Below, piece by piece: positions 1-9,481 of a stretch of DNA of 64,000 nt; positions within the stretch are counted from its first letter, which is position 1; each line of letters begins with the position of its first letter. Under the pieces are notes generated by a model, which saw nothing but the letters and a program-made list of their open reading frames with translations, was not told the origin of the DNA and ran no database searches. The translations under genes were made by a program, and so were the position numbers. Origin of the DNA: a virus; IMG/VR virus record IMGVR_UViG_3300027969_004705, positions 1-64,000 of that record. One strand, written 5' to 3'.

Positions 1-1
1 C

Positions 2-805
2 ATAGAAGATAAGCTAAAACTAAAGAAAGATGATGTAATTACTGAAGAATTCTATGAAGAGGTTGAAAAGATTGAGAATTACCTTAATACTGAAATAACT
101 TCGTGGTCTAAGAAGGCTTTCCGTACTTTAGATAGTAGATTCGTATTTAAACGTGAGTGTATTGCTGATGTTGGCTTATTTTTACAGAAAAAACGTTATG
201 TCTTGCATATCTTAGATGATGAGGGTATTAAAGTCAATAAATTTAAATATACTGGGGTAGAAGTCGTAAGAACTACTATGCCTAATGCAATTAAACCGTT
301 TGCTAAGCAAATTATTGAGACTATGCTTATGACTCAATCACTTAAGCAAACAAATGATATCCTAACTAGCGCATACAATGCGTTTAAGAACTTACCTGCA
401 GAAGATATTGCTTTTGTTATGGGTATTAAGGGATATGAGAAGTATGCACCTAAGTGTAAAGACTTTAATATAGCGACTCGAACTCCTATTCATGTCAAAG
501 CGGCTTATTTGCATAATCATATTAATAAAATGCTTAATATTAGCTCTAAGTATGAAGAGATTAATTCAGGCGATAAAATTAGATATGTATATGTTCAAAA
601 ACCGAATAAATATCAGATTGATGTAATCGGGTTTAAGTATACTTTTCCTGAAGAGTATATTGGTTTGTTAAAAATTGATTATGAGTTAATGTTCGAAAAA
701 ATTCTGTATAGTTCAATCGAAAGATTCTACGATAGCGTAAGTTGGCAAATACGCAAACCGTCTGATAACGTTACTTGTGAATTATTTGATTTATTTAGCC
801 TTTAA
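2..805 (+). CDS. gp43: Family B DNA polymerase, C-terminal part (T4 gp43-like); runs off the left edge
   Basis: Frame is open from position 2 (IEDKLKL...FKRECIADVGLFLQKKRYVLHILDDEG...KYTGVEVVRTT). KKRY and GxExxR PolB motifs, and ID..MF.K near the C-terminus. Confidence 0.93.
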   Translation: MEDKLKLKKDDVITEEFYEEVEKIENYLNTEITSWSKKAFRTLDSRFVFKRECIADVGLFLQKKRYVLHILDDEGIKVNKFKYTGVEVVRTTMPNAIKPFAKQIIETMLMTQSLKQTNDILTSAYNAFKNLPAEDIAFVMGIKGYEKYAPKCKDFNIATRTPIHVKAAYLHNHINKMLNISSKYEEINSGDKIRYVYVQKPNKYQIDVIGFKYTFPEEYIGLLKIDYELMFEKILYSSIERFYDSVSWQIRKPSDNVTCELFDLFSL

Positions 806-808
806 ATA

Positions 809-836
809 TTGCATTTTAGAAAAAATATATTAAAAT
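809..836 (+). promoter_or_regulatory. Sigma70-like promoter TTGCAT-N16-TAAAAT, 6 nt before ATG 843
   Basis: Motif and spacing read directly from sequence. Confidence 0.55.
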
Positions 837-842
837 AACTAT

Positions 843-1205
843 ATGTCAAACATGTTAACATTCGTAGACCAAATCGGCCGTACCGTAATCGGTAAACTAG
901 TATCTGAGGACCAAAATACTATTGTAATTAATAATCCTGTTATTGTATTTGTCAATCCTAATCAAGAAACTGGACAAATTCAAGTTCAATCTTTTCCATA
1001 TCTGTTTATGGAATTTATTGATAAGGATAGTAGGGATAAAAACAATTGGACCTTCCATAAGAGTGCTATTGCTATCTCAGACGTCACACTCGATTCATTA
1101 ATTGTCAATCAATATAATAATATTAATTCTGCTGCAGTTGGTGCTCCGCTACAGTCTGGAGTCCCGCAGGGAGAAGCTGAAGTAATTCGCTTGTTCGAAG
1201 ATTAA
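843..1205 (+). CDS. Hypothetical protein (small beta-rich, possibly Sm-like)
   Basis: 120 aa ORF with its own promoter and a downstream terminator. Confidence 0.75.
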   Translation: MSNMLTFVDQIGRTVIGKLVSEDQNTIVINNPVIVFVNPNQETGQIQVQSFPYLFMEFIDKDSRDKNNWTFHKSAIAISDVTLDSLIVNQYNNINSAAVGAPLQSGVPQGEAEVIRLFED

Positions 1206-1214
1206 TAACACCTC

Positions 1215-1247
1215 AACCTTGTGTAATTAATTACACAAGGTTTTTTT
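1215..1247 (+). terminator. Rho-independent terminator (perfect 28 bp palindrome plus T-run)
   Basis: aaccttgtgtaatt|aattacacaaggtt followed by ttttt. Confidence 0.8.
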
Positions 1248-1294
1248 ATGGTTAAAAATATACCAGTAGTTATAATATAAATATTAAACATATT

Positions 1295-1951
1295 ATGCAT
1301 ATCTTAACCATTAGTGATATCCATCTAGGAAGTCCTGTAAGTCAGAAGGATAAAGTTCTGCAAATTCTTAATCTAGATTTTCAAACTCTAATCATTAATG
1401 GCGATCTATTTGACAGTTATTCATTTAAAAGATTTGATAAAAAGGATTGGGCAATTCTGAGTAAAATCCGAAAATTAAGTAAGTCTCACGAAGTCATCTT
1501 AGTACATGGCAATCATGATGCTAATGCGGAATTTTTATCGGCTATTACAGGAATGGATTTTGTAGAAAATCATCTTTCGATTATTAATGGAACGAAATAT
1601 TTCTTTGAGCATGGCGATAAATACGATCACTGGATTAAACACAAGCCATTTATTACGTGGTTTTTTACAGGACTGTATTATCAAATTCAAAAAATTGATA
1701 AAAACCATAATACTTCCCGAATGCTCAAACGAATGAGTAAATCATGGGTTAAAGCAAAAGATATTGTCTGTAAAAAATTCGTAGAGAAATATGGTGCTAA
1801 ATATGATGTGCTTTTAGCAGGACATACTCATCATGCTGAAGTAAAATACATGAACAATTGCACTTACATTAATAGCGGGTCATTTTGTGAAGAAAAGTGT
1901 TCTTATGTGGAAATTTATGAGGATGGAACATTTTCTTTAAAATATCTTTAA
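1295..1951 (+). CDS. Calcineurin-like metallophosphoesterase (LpxH/YbbF-like)
   Basis: Motifs SDIHLG, NGDLFD, GNHD, EHGD, GHTH, NSG. Confidence 0.88.
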   Translation: MHILTISDIHLGSPVSQKDKVLQILNLDFQTLIINGDLFDSYSFKRFDKKDWAILSKIRKLSKSHEVILVHGNHDANAEFLSAITGMDFVENHLSIINGTKYFFEHGDKYDHWIKHKPFITWFFTGLYYQIQKIDKNHNTSRMLKRMSKSWVKAKDIVCKKFVEKYGAKYDVLLAGHTHHAEVKYMNNCTYINSGSFCEEKCSYVEIYEDGTFSLKYL

Positions 1952-2016
1952 ACCTACTCAACCGATTACATAAGGTTTTTGATGGCCAAAAATATAACAG
2001 TAGTTATAATAGATAT

Positions 2017-3114
2017 ATGGATAAAGATATTAAAAGTGCACTAGATTCAATTAATGAGATTAACCCTTTTGCTACATGGCTAGATGATAATGCTTTAAGT
2101 ACTGTAAATGGCTGGATTGATACCGGTAGCTATGTACTAAATGCTATTATTTCTGGCTCAATTCATGGAGGTATTCCGAAAGGAAGAGTAACAATGTTAG
2201 CTGGAGAGTCTATGACAGGTAAAAGTCTCTTTGTACAAAAAATTCTTGCTAATGCACAGAAAGAAGGCTTGATCCCGGTTATCTTTGATACAGAAAACTC
2301 TATTGATGCTACTGGAGCTACTAGATTAGGTCTTGATATTTCAAAAATTAAATATGTACCTTGCGTTACTATTGAACAAACACGAAACGCTATTTTTAAG
2401 TTTTTAACTGCAGTTAAAGAGAAAGGTCTTGAAGGTAAATTTATTGTAGCTATTGACTCTTTAGGTAATCTTCAATCTGAACTTGAACTATCTCGTATGG
2501 ATAAAGAGAGTACTTCATCTGATATGGGATCTAAAGCTCGAGCAATTAAATCGTTAATGCAAACTTGTACTAACTTTGGCGCTATTACAAGAACTACTAT
2601 TATTTGTACAAATCATGTGTATGATGATCCAACTGCAATGTATCCTACAATTGAAAAGATGATGCCTGGTGGTAAATCAGTTATATTCTTACCATCCGTA
2701 ACAGTTCAGCTTGCTCGTAAACCTATTAAGGATGATGGAGGTAAAACAAACGATGGTGTTCTTGCTGTTGGTCAAAAGAACTACTCTGGTATTGTTATTA
2801 GAGCATTAACTCGTAAAAATCGCTTTATTAAGCAATACCTTGAAGGGGAAATGTATCTATCTTTTGCATCAGGACTTGATAAGTACTATGGTCTACTTGA
2901 TCTCGCTGTAGGTCTTAAAGTTATCATACAAACAGGAGCTACATATACTCTTGAAAATGGTACTAAGCTCGGATATGCAAAAAGTTTCAGAAAAGATACT
3001 AAACTTTGGGAAGAAACTATTTTACCTGTACTTGAATCACGTATTGCTAAGGAATGGAACTACTCTAATATAGAGGAAGAAATACCTCTTGAAAATACTT
3101 TAATTACTGAATAA
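2017..3114 (+). CDS. uvsX: RecA-like recombinase UvsX
   Basis: IDTGSYVLNAIISG, Walker A GESMTGKS, FDTE, IDSLGNL, NHVY, GG motif. Confidence 0.93.
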   Translation: MDKDIKSALDSINEINPFATWLDDNALSTVNGWIDTGSYVLNAIISGSIHGGIPKGRVTMLAGESMTGKSLFVQKILANAQKEGLIPVIFDTENSIDATGATRLGLDISKIKYVPCVTIEQTRNAIFKFLTAVKEKGLEGKFIVAIDSLGNLQSELELSRMDKESTSSDMGSKARAIKSLMQTCTNFGAITRTTIICTNHVYDDPTAMYPTIEKMMPGGKSVIFLPSVTVQLARKPIKDDGGKTNDGVLAVGQKNYSGIVIRALTRKNRFIKQYLEGEMYLSFASGLDKYYGLLDLAVGLKVIIQTGATYTLENGTKLGYAKSFRKDTKLWEETILPVLESRIAKEWNYSNIEEEIPLENTLITE

Positions 3115-3115
3115 T

Positions 3116-3874
3116 ATGACAGCGAAATTAGTCTTAACTCTATCTGGCGGTGCAGATTCTTCTGTATTACTATATCTGGCAGCTCAATATAAATATGATG
3201 AAATTCATACTATTACATTTGATTACGGTCAGCGTCATTCACGTGAACTTGAATGCGTTAATAAACAACTTATTAACGTACGTAAGCAGTATCCAGATAT
3301 TATTTTTACAAATAAAATAATTGATGTAAAATATATTAAAGATATATCTCCTACATCTTCTTTAACTAACTGCACTATTGATAATCCTAATGTTCAATTA
3401 ATAGCCGGAGATGCACAACCGGTATCCTATGTTCCCTTCCGTAATATGATGTTCTTATCTATTGCGTGTGCATATGCAGAAAGCATAGAAGCTAATACTG
3501 TGTGGTACGGTGCAGCAATGGTTGATTCTTTAGCTGGCTATTGGGATTGTGATACACCTTTTGTAGACGCTATCAATAACTTAGTAAGCCTTAACAGAAA
3601 AAATAAAATTAAAATTGAAGCACCTCTACTTGCAATGTCTAAGCAAGCTATTATAAGTAAGGGTGTTGATTTAAATGTCAATTTTAGTGAGACATGGACT
3701 TGCTATTCTAACAGAGAAGATGGGCTTGCAGATGCTACAACACCATCTAGTAGTTTAAGAATACGTGGATTTATTGATAACTCTTATATAGATCCAATAC
3801 AATATGTACAACAGGATAAACTAAATGAGATGTATAAACAACATAATTGCGTACCTATTAATTACATACCATAG
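3116..3874 (+). CDS. queC: QueC-like (7-cyano-7-deazaguanine synthase family) PP-loop ATPase with a degenerate Zn site
   Basis: LSGGADSS, FDYGQRH..E, YVPFRNMMFLSIA, Y.DC, APL..K, TWTCY; the CGxCxxC motif is replaced by ADATTPSS. Confidence 0.85.
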   Translation: MTAKLVLTLSGGADSSVLLYLAAQYKYDEIHTITFDYGQRHSRELECVNKQLINVRKQYPDIIFTNKIIDVKYIKDISPTSSLTNCTIDNPNVQLIAGDAQPVSYVPFRNMMFLSIACAYAESIEANTVWYGAAMVDSLAGYWDCDTPFVDAINNLVSLNRKNKIKIEAPLLAMSKQAIISKGVDLNVNFSETWTCYSNREDGLADATTPSSSLRIRGFIDNSYIDPIQYVQQDKLNEMYKQHNCVPINYIP

Positions 3875-4854
3875 CGTCTTAATTCAGCTAGTTGCCAATG
3901 TGTTTTTGGCTTAAACTTCTCTTTAAAGGATATACTAACTTCAGTTGATTTGTGAGTTAGTCTATCCTTTTTTATTTGTTCACTAAGATAATGATATGTT
4001 GTAGATTCAAATTGAGCTTCTACAGGCGGTACTTCTTCATTTTCAGCTGCAGCAGGTTCAGCTTGTGTCTCAGCTGGAGTCTTAGCAAACTTCATTGATT
4101 TCTTAACAGGCTTAATAGCACTAGATAAATACGCAGCAATTAACTCATAACCAGGTTCTTTACTAATATTGGTAATAAATTGTTGTAAATCAGCTAAAGT
4201 TTTAATATGATCTGTAATATATTCTTCTACTCTAGATAGAACATCAGCGTCAATATCTACCCCTTCTTCTCCTAAGTTATCTCTAATTTCCATCATTACT
4301 TTACCTACAGACGCAAGTACGAGTGATTGTTCAAGAGCCGCTTCAATCTCACTCGTCATAGAGTGACCAACTACATCAGCAACAACTGGATCTTTAATAC
4401 CTCTTTCAAGTTCTTTTGCTTGACGTTTCATTTCAAGCGCAGCTTTTTGATCGCTATACTTTTCAACACGTCCACCAAATCTATCTGCACCTCTATTAAT
4501 TGAAACTGATTTTATATAGCTAGGGATACCTGCTCTAATAGCTTCTTCTACTTCTTTACTTTGCAAAGCTATTTGATCTTTTTTAACCTCAAGTAATTGT
4601 AAAAGAGCTAATTGTTTTGCTTTAAAGCTACTCCCTGCTTTTCTGATACTATCATATTCATCATCATTTATGATATCAAGACCGTATAACTCACCTGCAA
4701 TGTATTTAATAGTATCATAAGGTGCAGAACTTAATCCTCCTGACTGCAATTCCTTAGTAACTCCTCCAAAAATAGGATTAAATTTTGCAAAAGGTGAAAC
4801 TCTTGCTTCAGAGATTAAATTAACTCTTTTGTATAAATCTGAAAAATTAAACAT
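3862..4854 (-). CDS. Hypothetical late protein (candidate internal head protein)
   Basis: 330 aa helical ORF with TATAAATA 5 nt upstream; N-terminus MFNFSDLYKRVNLISE. Confidence 0.7.
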   Translation of the reverse strand: MFNFSDLYKRVNLISEARVSPFAKFNPIFGGVTKELQSGGLSSAPYDTIKYIAGELYGLDIINDDEYDSIRKAGSSFKAKQLALLQLLEVKKDQIALQSKEVEEAIRAGIPSYIKSVSINRGADRFGGRVEKYSDQKAALEMKRQAKELERGIKDPVVADVVGHSMTSEIEAALEQSLVLASVGKVMMEIRDNLGEEGVDIDADVLSRVEEYITDHIKTLADLQQFITNISKEPGYELIAAYLSSAIKPVKKSMKFAKTPAETQAEPAAAENEEVPPVEAQFESTTYHYLSEQIKKDRLTHKSTEVSISFKEKFKPKTHWQLAELRRYGM

Positions 4855-4930
4855 ATAATTATTTATATAAACTACTTTTTTTTATAAGGTATAAGTAGTA
4901 TTTTTTAAAGGTTATAATATAATAGTATAT

Positions 4931-5596
4931 ATGTGTGGAATATCTGGAACAAACAATTTAAGTAAATTAGAAGTCTTATATCAAGCTAATCAGGATAGAG
5001 GTAGCTTTGCAAGCGGGTTAATTTGCCTTAAAGAAGGTAATAGTCAAACAATAATTAAACAGCCTGGTACGTTTAATTTTGATAAGTTACAATTAACTGA
5101 TAAGTATGATTATTTTATTAGTCATAATCAAGCACCTACCTCTGCAAATCGAGAATTTAAAATGGAAAATACTCATCCTTTCGAAACACTGTCATGGGCT
5201 GTTGTGCATAATGGTGTAATTACTAATTGGAAAGAACTTAAAGAAAAATATACTCCGCGTAGTACTAATACAGTAGATACGTCAATTATTACAGGGTTAC
5301 TTCAACATTTTACTGAGCAAAATACAGGTTATTTTTATGCGCCTTTAATTATACGTAAAGTATTAGAGTTACTTGAAGGTACTTTTGCTGTTGCTATAGT
5401 AGACACAGATTCAAACGATGTATATATTGCAAGACAGGGATCAATCTTACACCATAATGATAAATGCGATTTCTCTACAATAAAAGGTAAAGGTTTTGAG
5501 CTATTACCTGAAGGTCAAATTATGATGCTTCGAGATTTTGAAGGTTGGGAACCAATTGAAGAATTTAAAACCAACTCACCATTTCTTTTCGTATGA
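4931..5596 (+). CDS. Class II (Ntn) glutamine amidotransferase, stand-alone
   Basis: N-terminal MCGI, DRG, H..APT, NTHPF, HNGVITN, VDT, LEGTFA. Confidence 0.9.
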   Translation: MCGISGTNNLSKLEVLYQANQDRGSFASGLICLKEGNSQTIIKQPGTFNFDKLQLTDKYDYFISHNQAPTSANREFKMENTHPFETLSWAVVHNGVITNWKELKEKYTPRSTNTVDTSIITGLLQHFTEQNTGYFYAPLIIRKVLELLEGTFAVAIVDTDSNDVYIARQGSILHHNDKCDFSTIKGKGFELLPEGQIMMLRDFEGWEPIEEFKTNSPFLFV

Positions 5597-6306
5597 GCAG
5601 TTTCCTATTCTCCGCAACTAAGGGTAAAAAAGAAGATACACTTTTATACCAAAACCGCAAAGCAACATTCTTTTTTAAAGAAGATAATACTGATGCACTA
5701 GCTGTAGTATATAATAAAGCTATAGATTTTGCCATTCAAGAAAATGTAGACTATCTAGTATTATGTCACGATGATGCTATTATTGAATCTGCTGATTTTG
5801 AAGAACGTTTAATAAACTTACATACGCAATATGATGTCTTAGGAGTAGCTGGTACAACAGAATGTAAATTACAAGCGCCTGCGCTCTGGCACTTATTAGG
5901 CGGAGGTAGAGAAACATTTAACAACTTAAGAGGTGCTGTAGCACATGGTGATGCTAATTTAAAACGAATGACAAGCTTTGGAGAATACCCTGCTCGTGTA
6001 TTATTACTTGATGGAGTATTTTTATCTATTAAAAAGGAAGTATTTACTAAAGTAAGATTTGATGAATCTTGCCCAGCAAAGTTTCATTTTTATGATCTAA
6101 ACTACAGTCTTGAATGCAATAAAGCAAAATTTAAACTTGGTGTAAGTGATATTTTAATTACACATAATTCACCTGGACTTACAGCATTTACTAATGAGTT
6201 TAACGAAGGTCAAGAATGGTTTCTTAACAAATGGAAACCTAATACTGAAAAAATAAAGACTAAAAAAATAAAAACCAGAAAAAAGACTAAACGAACACTA
6301 GTATAA
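5593..6306 (+). CDS. GT-A fold glycosyltransferase (GT2-like) with a basic C-terminal tail
   Basis: YNKAI, LVLCHDD, GVAG, LDGVFL, RFDE..FHFYDL, H.SPG. Confidence 0.8.
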   Translation: MSSFLFSATKGKKEDTLLYQNRKATFFFKEDNTDALAVVYNKAIDFAIQENVDYLVLCHDDAIIESADFEERLINLHTQYDVLGVAGTTECKLQAPALWHLLGGGRETFNNLRGAVAHGDANLKRMTSFGEYPARVLLLDGVFLSIKKEVFTKVRFDESCPAKFHFYDLNYSLECNKAKFKLGVSDILITHNSPGLTAFTNEFNEGQEWFLNKWKPNTEKIKTKKIKTRKKTKRTLV

Positions 6307-6307
6307 T
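6293..6307 (+). promoter_or_regulatory. GAAC-N5-TATAAT promoter, 5 nt before the helicase ATG
   Basis: Same motif at 9480, 15247, 40333 and 62692. Confidence 0.6.
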
Positions 6308-6312
6308 AAGAT

Positions 6313-7632
6313 ATGGTCAAACTGGATTTAGATTTTTTTGAAAATGTAATTATTTATAAATCTTTAACAGATGCAGGATACTTAGCCTCTATTCTTGACT
6401 TTGTTAATCCGGAGTACTTTAAATCAGCAAATATTGCTGATGTTTTTAATATCATTAAAGAGTTTTATGTAAAAAGACAAAAAGTACCTAATATTACAGA
6501 AATTAAATCATATTTAATAACTGACGAATTAAAGACCGCTTTCAAAAATATTGTTTATTCATTTAGTGAAATAGATAAAAACTTAAATAAAGACGAATTA
6601 TATCATAATACAGAAAGATTCTTAAAAGAGAAAGCTGTATATCATACTATGCTTAATATTGCTACTGATATTGCTAAGGGTAATGTCGATACTACAAAAG
6701 CATTAGATAAATTTGAAAAGGCATGTAATATCAGTTTAATAACTGATAAAGGTATCGATCTATATAACAATATTGAAGCTATTATTGAAGACTTAAGTAC
6801 TGTTAATGGAACTATACCTTCTACGTGGGAATGGCTTGATGAAACTCTCGGTGGTGGGTTTCTTGAGCAAGGTAAAGCGCTTTATGTATTTGCCGGTGAA
6901 ACGAATATTGGTAAGTCTATCTTTTTAGGTAATATAGCTACTAATATCGCAAATCAGAATAAGAACGTTTTGTTAATTACTCTAGAGATGTCTGAACTTC
7001 TCTATGCTAAACGTTTATGCTCGAATATCTCGAAGATACCTCTTAAAGATCTTGCAAATAATCCGCATGCTTTACGTACTGCTATTAAAGAAAATAGAGA
7101 GAAGACTAATGGTACTATATTAATTAAGGAATTTCCACCTGCTACCATTACCGCTAATCAAATTAGTGCATTCGTAAAGAAGATTACTGATACAGGATGT
7201 AAAATAGATGCTATTGTATTAGATTACTTGAATCTATTGCATACTACTGTAGGGAGTAATTCATATGAGAGAATTAAGCATATTACAGAGCAAATTCGAG
7301 CATTAAGCTATGTCTTTAATTGTCCTATTATCTCAGCTACCCAGCTAGGTCGAAATGCGTATGGTCAAACTGATCCGGGTATGGAAACTATCTCTGAATC
7401 GATCGGTTTAGCCGCAACTGCTGACGTTATTGTATCGATCTTCCAAAATCCTGAAGATCAAGAGTTAGGTGTTATTCGTTTAGGTATGATGAAGAATCGA
7501 TATGGTTCAAGAGGTCATACTCAACCCATGCGAATTGATTATACTACACTTACAGTAACGCAAGCGGACGACCTCGTGAGTCTTGATGATGAAGATGATT
7601 CATATAATGCTTTATCTGCATTCGCTCGTTGA
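6313..7632 (+). CDS. gp41: DnaB-like replicative helicase (T4 gp41-like)
   Basis: GETNIGKS Walker A, ITLEMSE, KEFP, LDYLNLL, SATQ, SESIGL, KNRYG. Confidence 0.93.
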   Translation: MVKLDLDFFENVIIYKSLTDAGYLASILDFVNPEYFKSANIADVFNIIKEFYVKRQKVPNITEIKSYLITDELKTAFKNIVYSFSEIDKNLNKDELYHNTERFLKEKAVYHTMLNIATDIAKGNVDTTKALDKFEKACNISLITDKGIDLYNNIEAIIEDLSTVNGTIPSTWEWLDETLGGGFLEQGKALYVFAGETNIGKSIFLGNIATNIANQNKNVLLITLEMSELLYAKRLCSNISKIPLKDLANNPHALRTAIKENREKTNGTILIKEFPPATITANQISAFVKKITDTGCKIDAIVLDYLNLLHTTVGSNSYERIKHITEQIRALSYVFNCPIISATQLGRNAYGQTDPGMETISESIGLAATADVIVSIFQNPEDQELGVIRLGMMKNRYGSRGHTQPMRIDYTTLTVTQADDLVSLDDEDDSYNALSAFAR

Positions 7633-7662
7633 TAAATGATATATATTTGTTAAATACTATAA

Positions 7663-8547
7663 ATGAAAATCTGTATATGGACTGATAACGATCTTGATGG
7701 TGCTGGCAGTGCATTGATATTAAAAAAGATATATAATGAAACTCATAAAGACTGTATAATTGAAATTAAAGAAGTAAATGATAATGAGTTTATATTCGCA
7801 TTTTCAAACTGGTCTTCAACTATTGGAGAATATCATAAAATCTATATTACTGATCATCATATTCCCGATGAGATATTACATTTAGTAGATCAACCGAATG
7901 TAGTTATTATTGATCATCACAAATCACATTATGATATTAAGGATCGATATAAGCAAGCTAAAATTATTATTGAAGTTGATACCTCAACCGTATCTATTTT
8001 AACTAAAGTGTTTAAACTAGATACTAAATCCTTTGCTACACCAGAGTTTCTTGACTTAATTGCTGCTATCGATGATTATGACTGTTATAAATTGAATCAC
8101 GAACATTCATTAAGTTTAAATGCTATTTTTGGATCTTATCGTAAACCTAGATCTGAATCATTAATTGCTAATTTTGCTAATGGTTTACGACCATTTACAA
8201 TTCTAGAAAAAAATACTGTTAAGCTGTATTTTAATAAACTTAAAGATCAGTTACAAACTACTGAGTACTTCAAAGGTACTATAAAAAACTACTCTGTTAT
8301 AGGTTGTTTTGCTACTCACGCTATTAATGAAGTAGCGCACTTTACTTTAAAAAAGTATAAAACTGATATTGTTATTGTAATCAATCCGAATACAAAAAAT
8401 GTATCTTTTAGGAGATCTCATGACAGTGATGTTAAGTTAAATATTATTGCAGAAAAACTCTGTGATGGGGGAGGACATGAAGCTGCAGCAGGAGGCAAAA
8501 TAACCGATACATTCCTCAAATTTACAAACACATTAACATCATGCTGA
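7663..8547 (+). CDS. DHH/DHHA1 family phosphoesterase
   Basis: DNDLDG, ITDH, IIDHH, SFR, GGGHEAAAGG. Confidence 0.88.
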   Translation: MKICIWTDNDLDGAGSALILKKIYNETHKDCIIEIKEVNDNEFIFAFSNWSSTIGEYHKIYITDHHIPDEILHLVDQPNVVIIDHHKSHYDIKDRYKQAKIIIEVDTSTVSILTKVFKLDTKSFATPEFLDLIAAIDDYDCYKLNHEHSLSLNAIFGSYRKPRSESLIANFANGLRPFTILEKNTVKLYFNKLKDQLQTTEYFKGTIKNYSVIGCFATHAINEVAHFTLKKYKTDIVIVINPNTKNVSFRRSHDSDVKLNIIAEKLCDGGGHEAAAGGKITDTFLKFTNTLTSC

Positions 8548-8837
8548 TTATCAACCAAGCAGAACAACCATCTAAAAATATAATTCAAGATGAAACAGAA
8601 CATCTTTTATTATCTTTCTGTACATTGTGTAGTTTAATAAAGAATAAAAAATTAAGCATACAAAATATTTTTTTAATTGTACTACAAGAAGAACGCTTGC
8701 GTAACATACTTAAGGAGCTATTATGTATAGATACTAATTATGAATTAGTTATGCTATTTATAAAGTATGACCCCCTAATTTCAGTTAGTAAATATGTAAC
8801 TAGATTCTTGAATGTAAATACAAATCTTAAACTATGA
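8541..8837 (+). CDS. Hypothetical protein
   Basis: 98 aa ORF overlapping both neighbours (translational coupling). Confidence 0.7.
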   Translation: MLIINQAEQPSKNIIQDETEHLLLSFCTLCSLIKNKKLSIQNIFLIVLQEERLRNILKELLCIDTNYELVMLFIKYDPLISVSKYVTRFLNVNTNLKL

Positions 8838-9481
8838 TTAGCGAAAAGCAAAAATTAATATATAATTTCTTTCAAACAGCTTCTCGTAAAAGCCAAAACA
8901 AACCATATAAACTAAGAGAAGATTTTACGAAAATAGATGATACAACTCTATTATGTATCCAAAAATTAGAGTCTTTCTTTAATTCAAATCATAATATTAA
9001 TTACACTGATTTCTTTATCGCACCGTATAAAATATTCACTGATACAACATACTTTGATATTAAATTCTATACAACGCGCAAAGCGATTATATGTTATACT
9101 GAATATAAAAAAAAGAAAGAATTTGAAAATCCTGATAATATTGATGTAATAAATAACTGTAAAGATGTTTGCTTTTTTATCTATAAATTCTGTAAACTTA
9201 ATAATTTAACTCTTGATGATTATAAAACTCGTTATAATGGATCAACTCCTGTTGTAATACAACATTTAAAAGATCATAAAATTAACTTTTATGTACTTCA
9301 AGGATTAGCAATTGATAGTATTATTAATAAATATGATAAAAGTATAACTAATTTTATTATTAATGATTTCTTTACTACATACAATACTACTCGCTCATTA
9401 TTTATTAAATCAAATAACTTAAAAACAATCGTTCGAACTGCACTTCAAATAGTAGAAAAGAAACTATTGAAAAGCGAATGA
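8834..9481 (+). CDS. Hypothetical protein, possibly a gp59-like helicase loader
   Basis: 215 aa, basic and helical, directly upstream of SSB as gene 59 is in T4; function inferred from synteny and size only. Confidence 0.45.
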   Translation: MISEKQKLIYNFFQTASRKSQNKPYKLREDFTKIDDTTLLCIQKLESFFNSNHNINYTDFFIAPYKIFTDTTYFDIKFYTTRKAIICYTEYKKKKEFENPDNIDVINNCKDVCFFIYKFCKLNNLTLDDYKTRYNGSTPVVIQHLKDHKINFYVLQGLAIDSIINKYDKSITNFIINDFFTTYNTTRSLFIKSNNLKTIVRTALQIVEKKLLKSE

